Part shown: positions 39,201-54,549 of the stretch, piece by piece
How positions within the stretch are numbered: position 1 is the stretch's first letter
Layout of the letters: each line of letters begins with the position of its first letter
Assembly (NCBI RefSeq): GCF_009914755.1
Contig: NC_060927.1
Strand: one strand, 5' to 3'
Length of the DNA: 64,000 bases
DNA from: the human T2T-CHM13v2.0 reference genome, Homo sapiens
Program-made: the position numbers and the translations under genes
The notes under the pieces: generated by a model
The model's database searches: none
Told to the model about the DNA's origin: nothing
The model's input: only the letters and a program-made list of their open reading frames with translations

Positions 39201-41937
39201 CCAGATAAAGAAATTATGAAAGGTATTTGTGAATTTGTCATATCTACATGTTCAGAAACCATTCCGTGTTTGATTCACTTTTTGAAAGTTGACATTTTGG
39301 TAGAGATACCAACAAGAAAGTAGAAAGTATTTAAATTTAAAATATTTGATACTATATTTATATTATAGAAAGTTAAATAAGACTATCAGACCAATACCTA
39401 TTTTTCAAATATGTCATACTTTAAATAAATTAAATAAAGCATAGTATTTAGTGAAAAATCCATCATAAACCAATATATTTCAAAAGTATTTTTCCTTCAA
39501 AAATATAGAAATATAGAAATCTATTGGTTATTTTATTAAGTATCAGAAATACAATAAAAACCACTTATATTTGGTGATAATCTGGTGATTACTTGTCTTA
39601 GAAGTAAAGTTAGACACTAAACACATCTCTTCCAGTATGTTTCTCCTTGGATTGAGGCTCTACAGTTCATACCGAAATGCTCTATACATTTTTATAATAT
39701 CCTTTGGTCATTATTTCTTTGATAATTTTTATCCAAATAAGAAGAGGCTTTCTTAATAATTATCTTTGATGAAAATTAATCCTAGGCAATGTAGCATAGC
39801 CACTGACTATTAGTAATCAATGGCTGCAAACAGATTACTCTGGCATATCATCTTATCTTTTCAAATGCACCCTTGGAAACTTCTGTAGAAGACTTTTTTC
39901 ATCTTGCCACATTTTATCAATCATCATAGATTTATATCTCACAGATCTAAAGGTGTTTTTTACTGTAAAAGATAGACTAAATAACAACAAATTCACCATG
40001 AGCAAAGACAACAGTAAGTAAGGGATTTCTGGATTTCTTTTGAAATCAGAGTCAGATAGCAGAATAGGTGAAAATGCCAGAAAAGAGACTATGCTGGTCA
40101 AGAGAATAAAAGCAATAGGATAATAAAAATGATGGATATAGATCTTTAGCGCCTTTAAGTATATATTTCTTTATTATACTGAAAGAAATCAGAATCTCCA
40201 ATGAAGAATTGATACAGATTTATAGCTGATATCAGCAAATCAAGGTTTGATGGACCCAGTGGGTACTGACATCATTGCACATGGTGAAAGAGATTTACAT
40301 ATAACTAGATAAGAACTTAGGATGATATTTGGTGCAGCATGTCCAGCACCTGATTTCTTGGAAGAGCACTGATAATGAAGAAGCCTAACACAATTAGGAG
40401 GTAGGTCTAAATGATAAGCACATATGACCAGAAATAAAACGATAATCTTTGGGGAATCTATCTTACCACAAACTTAATATATTCTCACATACAACTTAAA
40501 CTGAGAAGTTTCTAGTTGACTTTGTGAAAAGATACATTTTTTTCTTAAAATTAATACTTGAGTCTGTCTATGTTGGCATTAATATGAGTGGAGGTGATGG
40601 GATGCAATAATTAGGACATGCTTTTGTTTTGTAGGTGAATCTCAGATACTCCTCTTATTATAGCTTTGCAGTTTACAAATTTTCAGATTTTCAAAAGTAT
40701 TTTATTATTGGCTACATATGTTCAGATATAAAACTGGAAGAATACCACAACAGAATAGTTCTTAAAAACAGAGAGCAATGGTTTCATCGTTGATTTGTTT
40801 TCATGCAATATTGACGTCAACGGAAAACAACACTTAACAAAAGCAGTGTCTACGTTTAATTCCTAAGGTGTCAATCAGCAGGTGTTTCAAAGGGAACATT
40901 GCTTGCTTTAAACTAAGATCTTTAAATTTGGGGAAAACCTGACATTCTGGGGGAACCGTATTCCTTATGCAAAAGTTTAAAAATAAAGACTTTTGAAGGA
41001 GAATAAAGGCATTTGCAAAAAGTTTGTCTTCTCCTTTCACATAAACATACAAAATACATAGAGTAAATTAGAGATGGCAAATTTTTAGAAATGATAAAGG
41101 TGTATTTGCTCATCTAAACATTAAGAAATTAATATAAATGTGCTAATAATCTAAAGTACTTCCTTGACATTATTTAAAATATTTGTGTCACTATCAGGAA
41201 TTATGTATTTCTTTCTTGTTAACGTGTATGTTTTCTGTCTTTTCTTTACTAGTTGATAAGCTCTGTGAATGCAGAGTTACCTTTTACTGTTTTAATCTTC
41301 CACTTCTAGAATATTTTCTGGCACACAGTTGTTCAATAAGTTTTTATTGCATGAGTAAATATAATTATCTTGTGTTATTTTTAAAGTAATATTCTTTACA
41401 TTTTGAGCAGCTTCCTACAGTGAACAGAAACCAAATTAACACGTGTATTTAAAATGGACCTACTTAATATTAGTAATGATTGAGTTAAGCCCTTTCTCAG
41501 ACACATCATTTTCCATATTTCACAATATATTATTTATTACTTGAAAAACATTTGTAATTGTGTTTATGTGTTTATGGCATAAGACTTAAAGCACAATACC
41601 AGTGTTCATTTAAAACAATAAAAGGGAAAATAGAGCGGAGGAATTTACTAGCTGAAATGCCGTAAGAAGACTTTTCTGAGTCTAAATGTATTTCCTGTTT
41701 TATTGCTTAACATTGCTAGGAGTTCAGCATGTGTGTTCTTTTTTATCAGAAATTTTAAGTCATGGAATTATAACTGAATTATATGAAAACAATAAAACCA
41801 AACATCATAATAGGCCATAGGGGAAATTTTACATAAGAAATATGTTTTAGCAAAATTGGATGTAACTTTAAAAATCACTTCTGTGGCACTTTAGATTTAA
41901 ACATGATCTCATTTCAACCCTATTTAAATCTTATTTC

Positions 41938-42120
41938 AGAGGAAGCATTGTGTAAATGGAAAGTACAAAAGATAGGGCATCGAGAATTAAAGTTCTGATT
42001 GTGGCTGTGCCATTGGCTCCCCCCATCACCCGGGGAAACAGCTCATCTCTCTAGAGGTCAGTTACTCAGAGGGTGTTAGGCTTGGATCATCTCCAAGGTC
42101 CCTTTTCAACTTGAAGACTG
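41938..42120 (+). mobile_element. MIR3-like
   Basis: GAGGAAGCATTGTGTAAATGGAAAG...GATCATCTCCAAGGTCCCTT. Confidence 0.55.
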
Positions 42121-43654
42121 ACTCCAATTCAGCAGCTAAAATTAAATAAATGGATATGCTTTGCAAAGGTTAGAATATGATTATGTCTTTGTCATTAGAT
42201 GAAAAAGTTTTAATCTGACAAAAGTGTTATATAATGATGAAATTTATCACTAGTGGTGTTTGTAAACTTCTACTGATGCACAATTCTTTCATGTGCTTTA
42301 AAAATAGGTTTGCTGCTTGTAAAATGGAGGAAACGTGTATATTTATTAATGTGTATATTTATATATTGGCATACTTACTGATATCTAAGTATATAAATCA
42401 ATAAATCTTATTGTTACATGATTCCATTTGTTTAAAAAATGTGTGTGCCTGTGTACATACTTCATTGCATTTCTGACTTTTTACATTATTCTCTATAAAT
42501 AGAGGATAACTAGAGTTATTGAGTAACTAGAAGAGGTATCTTTGAAGAAATACTCAATTTTGTAAAACACTTCTTCTAAGAAAAATCTTAAATTATTAAA
42601 AACTGTCGGCCTTAAGGGGGAGAGAAATAGATGATTCCAGGAATAAACTTCAATAAATGAAGATGATTTTACACTAAGTATTATAAACTGTTTTTTTTAT
42701 ATCCATAGAGACTAAAAAAAAAAGGTGTTCTTCAACTACTCTAAGAGTCCTTTAGATTTTTATTAAGAAATAATTTCCAGGCAGGACTCCTAGGCTATAA
42801 AATTAAACGTGGTGAAATGCTTTTTTTGATGTCTAAAAGGATAGATTAATTTTTCCATCTTTCTTGGAATAATTAAAAGTGTGCTGTCTTCAAGATAAAG
42901 TAAGAGAACTGAAGGACTTCAAATCACGAGATAGAAAACGTCATGAAACCAGTTTGCACATGTAACTAATCCAAAATTTCACTTTTATTAAATAGAATTT
43001 GTGTTAAGAAAGCCAAATACCTATTATTTCCTTTGTAAGTATGTCATTCAATAAAGGTTTTATTGATTAATTTAGAGTGGATTTCATAATAACCTTGATC
43101 ATAATCATACAAAGAGTTAAATTCCCCTCATTATGGAGCAAAGCTAATGCATAGTGTTTATAGGCGTTCTAGAAGGTCAGTCCTCAGACTAATTCACCGA
43201 CAGCCCCAGATGCCTGGCTTAGCTGCCAACACAGTTGCTTTCGAGTCTGCCAGAAAGTCAGCTGCAGCTGCAGAGAACATTCTTTTTTTCACCCTGCCCC
43301 TTGCTAAGCCTGTGGATTTTACAATTGCCATGGAAAGAACAGAATTAAAAAATGTGATTCAGGGTGATGATCACCTCACTTACCCTATTAATGGGTTTCA
43401 GAGTAATTTATTATGAACAGCAAAATATTAACAGATAGAAGAGTTTTTCCACATGCGCATGTTCTCAAGTAAACTATTTAGTCACATTTTGGAAACCAAT
43501 CTTTCCAAAATGTGGTGAGATTGTCTTCCAGTTTCAAATTCTATCTTATTCATTTTTTAAATTCCTGGCAAGATAATAATAAGAAGAGCTACCGTTTTAT
43601 GTTGTACTGTTATCTGCAATTGGAGGAATGTAACTTCAGGTTACTGGTACAGAG

Positions 43655-43875
43655 AGAGCTAAGATGGTGTGATTTTGAAATCTAACAGGCATGACCTGTG
43701 TTCTTTCTTTGCTGCGTGACTTTAAATAACTGATGCTACCTCTCTGAGCTTAAGGTGTTTCACCTTAGAAATGAGAATTGTGATATCCAGTTCAGAGGAT
43801 ATGGTGAGGGTTAATAAGTTAACATGGTAAAATGGCTCATATCAGATCTAAAATCTATGGAAACTCAATAAATTT
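43655..43875 (+). mobile_element. MIR
   Basis: GCGTGACTTT...ACCTCTCTGAGCTT...GTGAGGGTTAA...CTCAATAAA. Confidence 0.6.
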
Positions 43876-43996
43876 TGGAGATACTGTGAGCAGAAACAAA
43901 ATTGTTAGATCCAGAATTTATATTAGATCCTCAGAATCTTGGATGCACCACACTCAGTGGTATTTTGTAAAATATACTTGATTAGTAATATAGGAA

Positions 43997-44290
43997 TTTT
44001 TTTTTATTATTATACTTTAAGTTTTAGGGTACATGTGCACATTGTGCAGGTTAGTTACATATGTATACATGTGCCATGCTGGTGCGCTGCATCCACTAAC
44101 TCATCATCTAGCATTAGGTATATCTCCTAAAGCTATCCCTCCCCCCTCCCCCCACCCCACAACAGTCCCCAGAGTGTGATGTTCCCCTTCCTGTGTCCAT
44201 GTGATCTCATTGTTCAATTCGCACCTATGAGTGAGAATATGTGGTGTTTGGTTTTTTGTTCTTGCGATAGTTTACTGAGAATGATGATTT
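43997..44290 (-). mobile_element. Young L1PA (PA2-like) 3' end, ~290 bp
   Basis: TATACTTTAAGTTTTAGGGTACATGTGCACATTGTGCAGG; carries the GAG rather than the ACA/ACG diagnostic, so not L1HS-Ta. Confidence 0.92.
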
Positions 44291-45669
44291 TTAAAGGTAA
44301 TCTAATGAGAAAGAATAGAAAATCCTGTTAATAATTACAGAACATTTAGAAAGGATATACCATAGTCTTCCATTTTAAAGTCTAAGTTTGTTTGGTCTAG
44401 GGTGCCAGAGAAAGGAGGGGCACAGAAGACAGAAAAGGGAGGAATCTGAATTGTACGTTACTATTTATAAATCTATACATGAGTATGGAGAGAGAAGTGG
44501 CCATAAAATCCTGAACAGCAATTCATGTTAAAGCTACATTACTTGAGTTTTGGATCCCCTATAGCTATAAAGACAACTTGAAGAACACTTCTGTATTTGA
44601 GTGTAGACAGCTTCTACTTGCCCACTTTTCCTTCCCTATCTTTCTTTCCTTTCCTCCTCTGCCTCTGTCCTTCCCTTCTTTCCTTTCTTCCTCCTTCCCT
44701 CCCTTCCCATTCTTTCTTCTTTAAATCAGAATATACTGCAAAGAGTCTTTCTCTTTGTTGGAAGTATTAAATATATTCCTGGAAAGAGTCATCTTATTTT
44801 GGTATAGATGGGTTTGAGAAACTAAATGAAATCAAATATCAACATCATAGCCAAAAATTGTGCCACTGAAGTGGGAACTGTTGCCAAAGTCTACGGGGTG
44901 ATCATATTCTCTTGCTTTTCTAGTTTCAAGTATAATTACATTTTAGTGAAAAGCATTAATTTAGACAGCAAGAGAAACCCTGCTTATATTGTCATTTTAA
45001 GTGAGGTCCACAGAAAACAACTTTTAAACTGTGTCTTTTAAATAATCTAATCAAAATTTAAAATTGCCAGCCTGGTTCTTTGAGCTGACAAGCTATGCAT
45101 ACAATTGAGATACCAGGATTTGATATCTTCCCTCTCACATGACTTTTGAATAGTGTGGATTTGTTTGACCTTCTGATGTCACATTAGAAGGACACTTTCT
45201 CAGTGAGAAAATAATTCTTTTTACGGTTCATCTTTTCAAGGTGATAGAATATGTATATAGTCAAGTGTTTTTTGTAAATGAAATATTCATTTGTGTTTCT
45301 AGATGTAGACATAAAATGGACTCCAAATTTTAGTATTTCAAAATAAATATAAGCCTATAAATTAAAAGTAGTATTTTAAACAGGTAAAACAATTTTTATG
45401 ATGATTTATGCAGATAGTCTATATCAACATAAACTAAATATCTGGATATAAGTCTAAAAACCTAAGATCAGTATTTCTACAAAGAAGGTACACTAATTAC
45501 ACGTTTAGGTTTTTATTGTTAATATTCATACACAATTTTCTTTACAATTTGAGCTGGAATTTTAAAAACAATACTAGTCTAGAGATATGAAACCAATAAC
45601 AGACAATACAAAATTACTTTCCTAAAAATAAAATAGATTATTTAGCATGAAAAGTATATCAAGTACTAA

Positions 45670-46077
<408 letters not shown>

Positions 46078-47063
46078 AAGAATATATATTTTTAAATGTT
46101 GTAACTTTAGTTAAACAGGCTATTTATGGAACCCCATTTAAAATGGTGTATTTATATTTTCATATATCCTATTTGAATATTAAAGGCTGGATATTTCATT
46201 TTGCAATGTATCATTTTTGTACTCTCACTAAAAGACCATTTAAAATAGATATAAAGTTTTTTTCATCTGTTTCTTATTTTTGCATGAAATATTTTGGACA
46301 TCACATCTTTTAATCTGTAAGTGTTATGCTAAAAATAAATCCCAATAAAATCAGTTTGTTTTCTTCTCCTGGAGATTTCTTGTCTATATCTGTTTTTTTT
46401 TTTCATTGAAAATACAGATTTTATTATTCCCGTGTAGTAGTTTGGAATTTGACTATTATGCCTAGAATTCCAAAGCCAATTTTTAATAAAATAAATTTTA
46501 TTATAAATACCACAGATACCTTTTAAGAGAGTGCTGATGAAATAATACCTGCATATTGCAGGGAAAGCTTTTTTCTGTTCAAAGTTCTTAGAGGTGTCAG
46601 AAATCATTGTCTACCTCCCTTTATTTCTGCCTGGAGCCAAGCGGGGAATTAGGAAACGAAGAGAAGTGCTCTATACACAATGGCCTTCAGTGAATATTAT
46701 TGATGACTAGACACCTGCTAGGATGTAAAGGCATTTAATCCATATTATTTTCCCTTTTAACTTGTCAACTCAGACATGGCAGCCAGAAGAATTTTCTGTC
46801 AAACATCAGCTTTTGCATTGCATTACGATTTTTATTTTTCATTCTTGGAATTTCAATACACAACACAAGTGGGGCTTTAAATAATATATTTAGCTGCATG
46901 ATGATGAACTGGAAAATATGTTATCTGAATATCAAAACATTCAGCAAGTGTGATATACATAGGTGGACATTATCAACTTCAAGAAATTGTTTTATAATAA
47001 AGATGCCCAGTATTTTAAATCACTTTCAGACTTTCTATTTTCACAAATGGCTTCTTCATTGTG

Positions 47064-47110
<47 letters not shown>
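47064..47110. repeat. (AT)n(AC)n compound microsatellite
   Basis: Read directly. Confidence 0.95.
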
Positions 47111-47113
<3 letters not shown>

Positions 47114-47249
47114 ATTTTAAAAGGCACAAACAAGAGCAAGAGAGTTAGTGCTAATTAATAAACTAAATCTAGATATCTACGCCTGAGCTGTTTCCCATGT
47201 TGCATCTCCTTATTTTGAACTGCCTCCCATATTTCTTCACCATAAGATG

Positions 47250-47880
47250 TGTAGGCACACAAAAGTGTAACATGTCCAAAGACTGAACTCATTAGCTTTT
47301 CCAGTCAGCTGCCTCTCTCCAGGCCTTCTGCATCTTTGCAATTCCCTAGTTCAGTTAATGCCCTCATAGCCACCTCAAGATTAAGCTAAAAAAAAAAAAA
47401 AAAAAAAAAAAAAAACACTTGAGGCTGTCCTTAACCCCTCCATCTCCCTTACCTCCCATGTTAACTTAACTCATAATCTTTATATGGCCTTTTCTTTTCA
47501 CCTCTATTGCCATAACCTTGTTTGAATCCTTGCAGTCTTTCATCTTTACTACTGCTACATTCTCTCTTTCAACAGCTAGTCCCCACTGCCTCTCACCCTC
47601 CACAGTCTCCAGCTTTATATTCCTTAAAAAAAGAAAAAAAAAAAAGGTCAGGTTACTTTTCCCTTCTATGAAAAGCTCTCTACAGGACCACTCTTTTCAA
47701 TACTAATTAAAGAACAAACTATTTAGTTTGACACAGAAGACATTCTCATTCTGAAACCCCAAGCTGGCCACTTACTGCTAGCTACTCCACCCATTCTCTA
47801 AGGGTTCTATTTCCATTCAATTTGTAGCATTTTCAAAAGCACACACATCTTAATATCACTTTAAGCCTTTACACATGCCA
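47250..47880 (+). mobile_element. L2 fragment containing a long poly(A) run near 47390-47415
   Basis: AACATGTCCAAAGACTGAACTCA...CCCCTCCATCTCCCTTACCTCCC pyrimidine-rich L2-like sequence. Confidence 0.6.
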
Positions 47881-49584
47881 AACATTAATGGGTAAATGAG
47901 TGTACTAATGATTTCAAGTGTAATTCCAAGTAACCTTGAAAACAAGCCATATTTGGTACCCAGAGCTTTATGAGACGGTGTTTCTAATAGTGAACTTTAA
48001 TAGGTAATAAGATTGTTAATCCAGTTCTCTATAGACAGCAGTAGAAGAAAACAAGATGAAACCAAAGGAAAGAGATTCAAATTAATTTTTGGTACGTGGG
48101 TTTATGTTTTGGGCTGAAGAGTTATTGTCCTAAATATAATTAGTTTTCATGTGATTATATAACTCTGGTATTTAACTGAAGCCCAAGTTGTGAATTTTTA
48201 CAGGGCTATTTATATGCATGTAGTTCTATATTTTAATATATTGCCAATAATATTCCTTTGTAACCTTATGAACTATATTATATTAATTCAGCATTTGAAG
48301 TTAGTATTCAAAGATATGTGGGCACTCTGGTCAGCAGATATTTTAATTCTTAATCAGACTTATGAATTATCAATCAAAATATGGTTCATTAAACCTAAGT
48401 AATATTACAAAGTTTTAACAAATATAACTTTTAGTTATATTAATATTCAGGTAATATCACAAGGATTTTTAAAATATAGCTTTTATTAGGTTAAGCTAAT
48501 GAGGTAATATACAAAATTTTGGTTTGTACTTTTTCAGAGAGATTTGAATCACTCTGGAGATTAATATTTAATCATGGCTTATTAATAATAATGAAGAGAG
48601 AACAAGAAACGTGCATTCATTGATGTTTGCGTCTTTGATGCTAAATGATTACACATACCCCATTTAAAATTATTTCAATATATACTTCACTATTCCAGAT
48701 GTACACGAAATTATCCTCAATGTCACTAAAAGCAAGCTTTTCTGTAATATTTTTTGCTCCTTAATAAAAGCAGTTATCTTAGTAGAATTGCTGACCTGAT
48801 AATTGCTAGTGGGTCTAAACTGAATGTACTTCAGTTAATGCATCAGTAAGTGAAGTACCTTCAATGCAATTAAAAGATTCTAATCTAACCAAAGAAAAAA
48901 TCTTGCTCATATTGACCACTTTAAATTCAGACTATGATTTCATATTTTTAAAGTGGCCCATGGCTTAGCTGACCCCATTAGTGGGATACAACTCTCCTTT
49001 GGCATAGCCAGTTGCTGCTGAGTAAGCGTTTCTGAAAGCCTCTCAATGAACTTCATCAGACAACTACCATTACCCAATTTCAGAAAAGGCAACACTAAAT
49101 AAAAAGTCATCAAGACATTTAACATAGAGAATTAGGAAAACACCAGATTGAAATGAAAGCTAATAAATAACTTATCAAGCAACAATAGTTACTGCAGTTT
49201 AAGTGAACTGGGTTTTAACTTTTTTACTTGATATTAATGTTTTTCTGCAAGACATTAAATTTGTTCAGGCATTTGTGACTCGACTTGCTGAATACTTAGA
49301 ATTCTTTAGTTGTCCTCTTGCGATTAATTTAGCGATTGACACTTTTGTGTACCTGCCCACAGAATTTAATATATGGGGGTCATGTCTTCCTGAATGCAGA
49401 GCAATTGCCTCACTCCATCTCCCACTACTATTATGGGGAATGCAATTCTCAAATGAATATAGAAAGAAGGCATGGCAATGAGTACATCTAAGGAGTAGTA
49501 GCTTTCTTCTAATTGTTAAAAATGGACCTTGAATTTTTAAATTAGAGAGCAGACATTGGGAGAAGGATAAAAAACTTCCTACCC

Positions 49585-49804
49585 AGAACACATGGACACA
49601 GGAAGGGGAACATCACACTCTGGGGACTGTTGTGGGGTGGGGGGAGCGGGGAGGGATAGCATTAGGAGATATACCTAATGCTAAATGACGAGTTAACGGG
49701 TGCAGCACACCAGCATGGCACATGTATACATATGTAACTAACCTGCACATTGTGCACATGTACCCTAAAACTTAAAGTATAATAATAATAAAATAAAAAA
49801 AAAA
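49585..49804 (+). mobile_element. Young L1PA (PA3-like) 3' end, ~220 bp
   Basis: ACATGGACACAGGAAGGGGAACATCACAC...CCTAAAACTTAAAGTATAATAAT plus A-tail. Confidence 0.92.
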
Positions 49805-49816
49805 GAAGCATACTCA

Positions 49817-50109
<293 letters not shown>

Positions 50110-50213
50110 GAGTTTGGACACTAACTGCATTTGCAGTCCAGTTCAATGGAATGTGTTAGGGAGCAGAGAAATCCTCCCAGGTTGTGGCTATGAGTATGTG
50201 TATGTGTAGCCTG

Positions 50214-50268
50214 GCCCAGGCTGGAGTGCAGTGGCGCGATCTCGGCTCACTGAAAGTTCCATCTCCCG
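50214..50268 (-). mobile_element. Internal Alu right-arm fragment (55 bp)
   Basis: GCCCAGGCTGGAGTGCAGTGGCGCGATCTCGGCTCACTG; no tail and no TSD seen. Confidence 0.85.
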
Positions 50269-53200
50269 CAGATGCCCTCTTTTAGGTGGTGTCTTCTGTT
50301 AGCATTTTCCAAGAAATTGGGAGAGACTACACAAGGAACTCTTCCAGCCAAATGCCATTTTCAATGACTAGTCTTTGTTTTGTTGTGCAATGCAAGGCAA
50401 ATTGCTTAGTATAAAGGATTTTTCTTACTGCTTGTGAAGAACTAAAGTTCAGCTCCAATTCTCTTCCAAAAATTTATCTCTGACATCCTGAATTCCTTTT
50501 CTATAGGGCTCTGAGTATACTTGAACATAGTCCTCTTCCTGTTAGTAATATGAATGTCTTGCCCACCAGATCATAGATCTTCTAGAAGCTAGTTTTTCAT
50601 TTTACTCCTATTCTGCTGCTACATAATCTATTCAAATTTGATAGGCCTTCAGTCAGTGGAGTGAACTGAATTAAAACTAGCTAATCTGGCCCGATTTTGT
50701 TGATTATGCAACCACAGTAGTAATAACTGTGATTATTGATGTGTGTTTATTAAAAACTATGGTGTATATAGAACTTCCAAAGCAGTCAGCAACTCATATT
50801 TGTTTATGCCTAGCCCAGCTGTCTCCCCGACTTTTCAGACCATGCAGTACCTTGCCATCTACTAATGTACCACAACTGTTCTGGGATGCATCTGTTTTCC
50901 TAATTGGTGGAACTGATAAGGATAAATGAGCCCAGTTCTCCCCCTGCAGGGGTGTGTATGCTGTCATAAACTTACTGAACACAGCCCTCGTATAGGGGGT
51001 GGAAGGATGAGAATTACCCCTAGGGAAGGTCCCGATTTGGAGCTGTGGCCACAGACATGGAGAAAACAAAACAAAACAAAATGGGAACACTTGACTTGCT
51101 TTAGTAGCACTCTCACTCCCCATCCACTTTTTGACCACCATTCAGCCAGAGCCAGATTGGATGCTGCTTTTTCATGTTCACCCTGCCTGTTTTGGAGTGT
51201 CTGGGAAACAAAGAGAGAGGGAGAGAGAGAGGCATTTGCTTCTCCTGATGAACATTTTTGTTAGATACCAGATCTTAGTATCCTTTTTCTTTGGCACTAG
51301 CTTCCAAGGTGCACATTTTTCCTACTTCTATTTCCTTTTCCTTTGCAGTATCTTCTGTGACTTTGGCCTTAGGCCAAGTTCTAGCCAGTGCTAATTTGTG
51401 CTATTTTATGTAACTTTCTACTTAGGAAATGCTTCTGTGTTTATAGTCTCATTGAGTTCCAGGTTTTTTAGCTGTTGTATTCATTGTTCCATCCATGAAA
51501 CCTAGCAGATAGCAAAAAATCTGTTGTCATCAGTAAATTCAACTCTCAATAACTTTAGCTCTCCTTTCACTTTGAGTAAATTCTTAGGATCACACAATAT
51601 CATTATACAGCTTGTCTTGGGTTCCTCGGCTTTGAAACCCTCATTGGCCACCTCCTTTTTTTTCTTTTATCTTTCATCCTATTTATTGACTCATTGTTTT
51701 TAGTAAAACTTATGTTTAATTGAATTAGTTTGATCATCTGGTTCCTATTATTCAGCATGTTAGTATGCTTTAAACATTTTTTCATCCTATCTTCAACTTA
51801 GCAGCCTTTTCCCATATTTCCGTAAATGCAATCTCAAAATCATGTATTACCTATAAACTGTTTATTTACTTAAATAAAAGATACAGCTAATCTCTCCTTT
51901 TACTCTGCCTAAACTGTTGTACCACTAACATTTTTTATTTAAAAAATTATTAATTTAGAAAATGTTTTTTGAACATCTGCTGTGTTCTAGATCTAATTCT
52001 AGGTTTTGGGGAATAGATGGGAACAAGAGGCAAAGTAAAGACAGAACAGTATCCAGTTAAGGTGCCATTCATGGCTGATCTGGAATTCCATTTCTGCCTT
52101 TGCTTCCTGCAAATTTGGAGACCAATTACCTGTTTTGCTGAGAGTTTGCTTATATGAAAAAGAAGTGGGTGATTGCACCACATCTGAAGTATTTTGGAGC
52201 TTTAAACTTTAGTTATCTTTGTGTGAAATGGCAGAAGATTTCTTAAAATCATTTATACTTAATAATTCACAACAAAAATTCACAGAGCTTTTAACCTAGA
52301 TTTTGCTTCCCTTCCTGCCCTTTGGAACAGGTTTCATTATAGTTGACCTTAAACCTGCATAAGTTTCCCACCAGATTTATCAGGTTAACATTTAACAATA
52401 TGTAGTTATTTAAATAGATAAGTCTTTAACAATAGCAATCAAAATTAATATATTCTGTAAACAGTTTAGTAGCTGTTTTTCGTTCATTTATAATGAGCAA
52501 ACTCTCTCTCTTGTTAATGGTTAGATAATTTCAGGAGAATATTTATTTTTCTGCTTGTGTTTTTCTGTAGTATTTATGTTCATGTATTTATAAACAAGTG
52601 CTTGCTTAGCTAATGCATAGTATAAAAACTATGACCTTTTTAGTTGTATGTTTCCAAATTTTAGTCAGAATTAAAACTCTTAATAACCTGAGCTGCTTCT
52701 CACTAAATTGCATGAGATTTTGTGTATACATCTTAAGTTCTTCAATTGTAAATTTGGATTTAATAGAACTATCAACCTCAAAGTGTTAGAGTGAGAATTA
52801 ACTGAAATAATTTTTTTAACTTAGCACCTTGCTTGTCACATGATAAGGACTCCATAAATATTAAGTATTGTGATTATTTTCTTTTCCAACCCATATCATT
52901 CTTCCACCTACAGGTTTTTAAAGCAAAAATATAAAATAAAACTGCAGTAAAAGAAAAAAGTTATTTAAAAATGAAAGAAACTTATAACTTTGAAGAAAAT
53001 TAAATATGGTTACAGATTCTTAATAAGACAAGTGATGAATATTTAAGTGTGGAACTTAATTCATGAAATGTTGTATATACTGACAATATTCTACTAAAGA
53101 GGCATTTAATATTTAATGATCCCATTATATTTAATAAAACATGAAAGGGTATGGATTTCAAGAATATAATTCTATCCATTAACAGGAAGATTTCATGTAA

Positions 53201-54549
53201 ATGAGTGCCTGTATAATTATCCTTAAAGACTAAGCGTATTTACAATATATTATAGGTACCTCTAAGAACCATATCAGAGTTTCTTAGTATTTTAAGTAAT
53301 TCAACAAAACATTAACTGGAATGATTTATATATTTTTTTAATTTGAGTGCTTGATCCAATATATTTTTATATAATTTTGCTTTAAAGCACTGTTTTGTTG
53401 AATTCTAAAGAGGCTACAATAACTGGGATATCACTAGATTTTATTATATTTCAATATAGTTGTATAAAATATTAATTTTGAAGTAGTTTAAAGGTTTCTT
53501 TCCTGCATTAAAAAATAAATTTATAATTTTAATTTATTTAGTCCTATAGTATTATCTGAAAATTATGGTTTCCTTTTGCCCTTCAGTGATATAGAAATTA
53601 TGGTTGCTTGGTTTATTTATTAAAGTTACTTTTACAGTACTAAATTAAAATACATTTTTATAATTTTTAAGTATGTATTCAATGAAAACGAGTAGGAGGT
53701 TGTATCCAGGAGGTGGTATCCCTTTACAGGAATCAAAGTGATTGATAACTGGGCATAGTCTAACATTCCTTAAATAGTTTCCAACCAGTATCACTGTTCA
53801 AAGAGAAAAATCAAATGTGGAAATAATTCACTCATTAATTCACATAAGCTTATTAATTCTTATTCCTATTTTCTAAGATGACAAATCACAAATATGAAAA
53901 GCATCTAACATCATATTGATTAGGTATTTCACAATTTTTTTCTTGTTTTATTTGAGAAATAAGGTAAAATAATTTATAGACCTGTATAATGGGTTACAAG
54001 TCTCATTAAAGTTCCATTTCAGTAAATGCCAAAAGAACCCTATCACAACTCCATTTTACTGACTTTTACTCATTGAATGAGCCAAATCAACTGCTCCAAG
54101 ATAATTTCCAGGATACCAGGTTTGTGTACTTTATTTCTAAGCTCTTTTGTACTTATGCATCTGTACTCTTCTCATGGCCTGCAAGGATCTTTCCAGTATT
54201 TCAGATCTTGATACAGATCCTTTAGGAGTTTTTGTATTTAAAAAGTTATAAACCTAGGGGACTCTGAATTGTACTGGAAAATTCATTGGAATTTTCCCGA
54301 GGGAAAATTCTGGAATGTGATCCATATTCTAGGTTCAAAGCACCTCCTAGATTGCACCATTTATACAGTAGGCTTGTCCTGAAAATGAGCTGGGGGCAAA
54401 ATTGTGAAACAACAAAGTGAATTTGTAGTGTTTGTTAGCTTTCTGGATGGCCATTCTGTCTCTGTAAAGCTATTATGCTCTCTACTATATCATAAAGCAA
54501 ATTGATAAACAAAATCAATAACAAATCCTAGGAAAAAAACTAATAGTCT

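Noticed and set aside
43997-44290. Possible active or human-specific L1HS-Ta insertion
   Set aside because: Only ~290 bp and carries the older GAG diagnostic.
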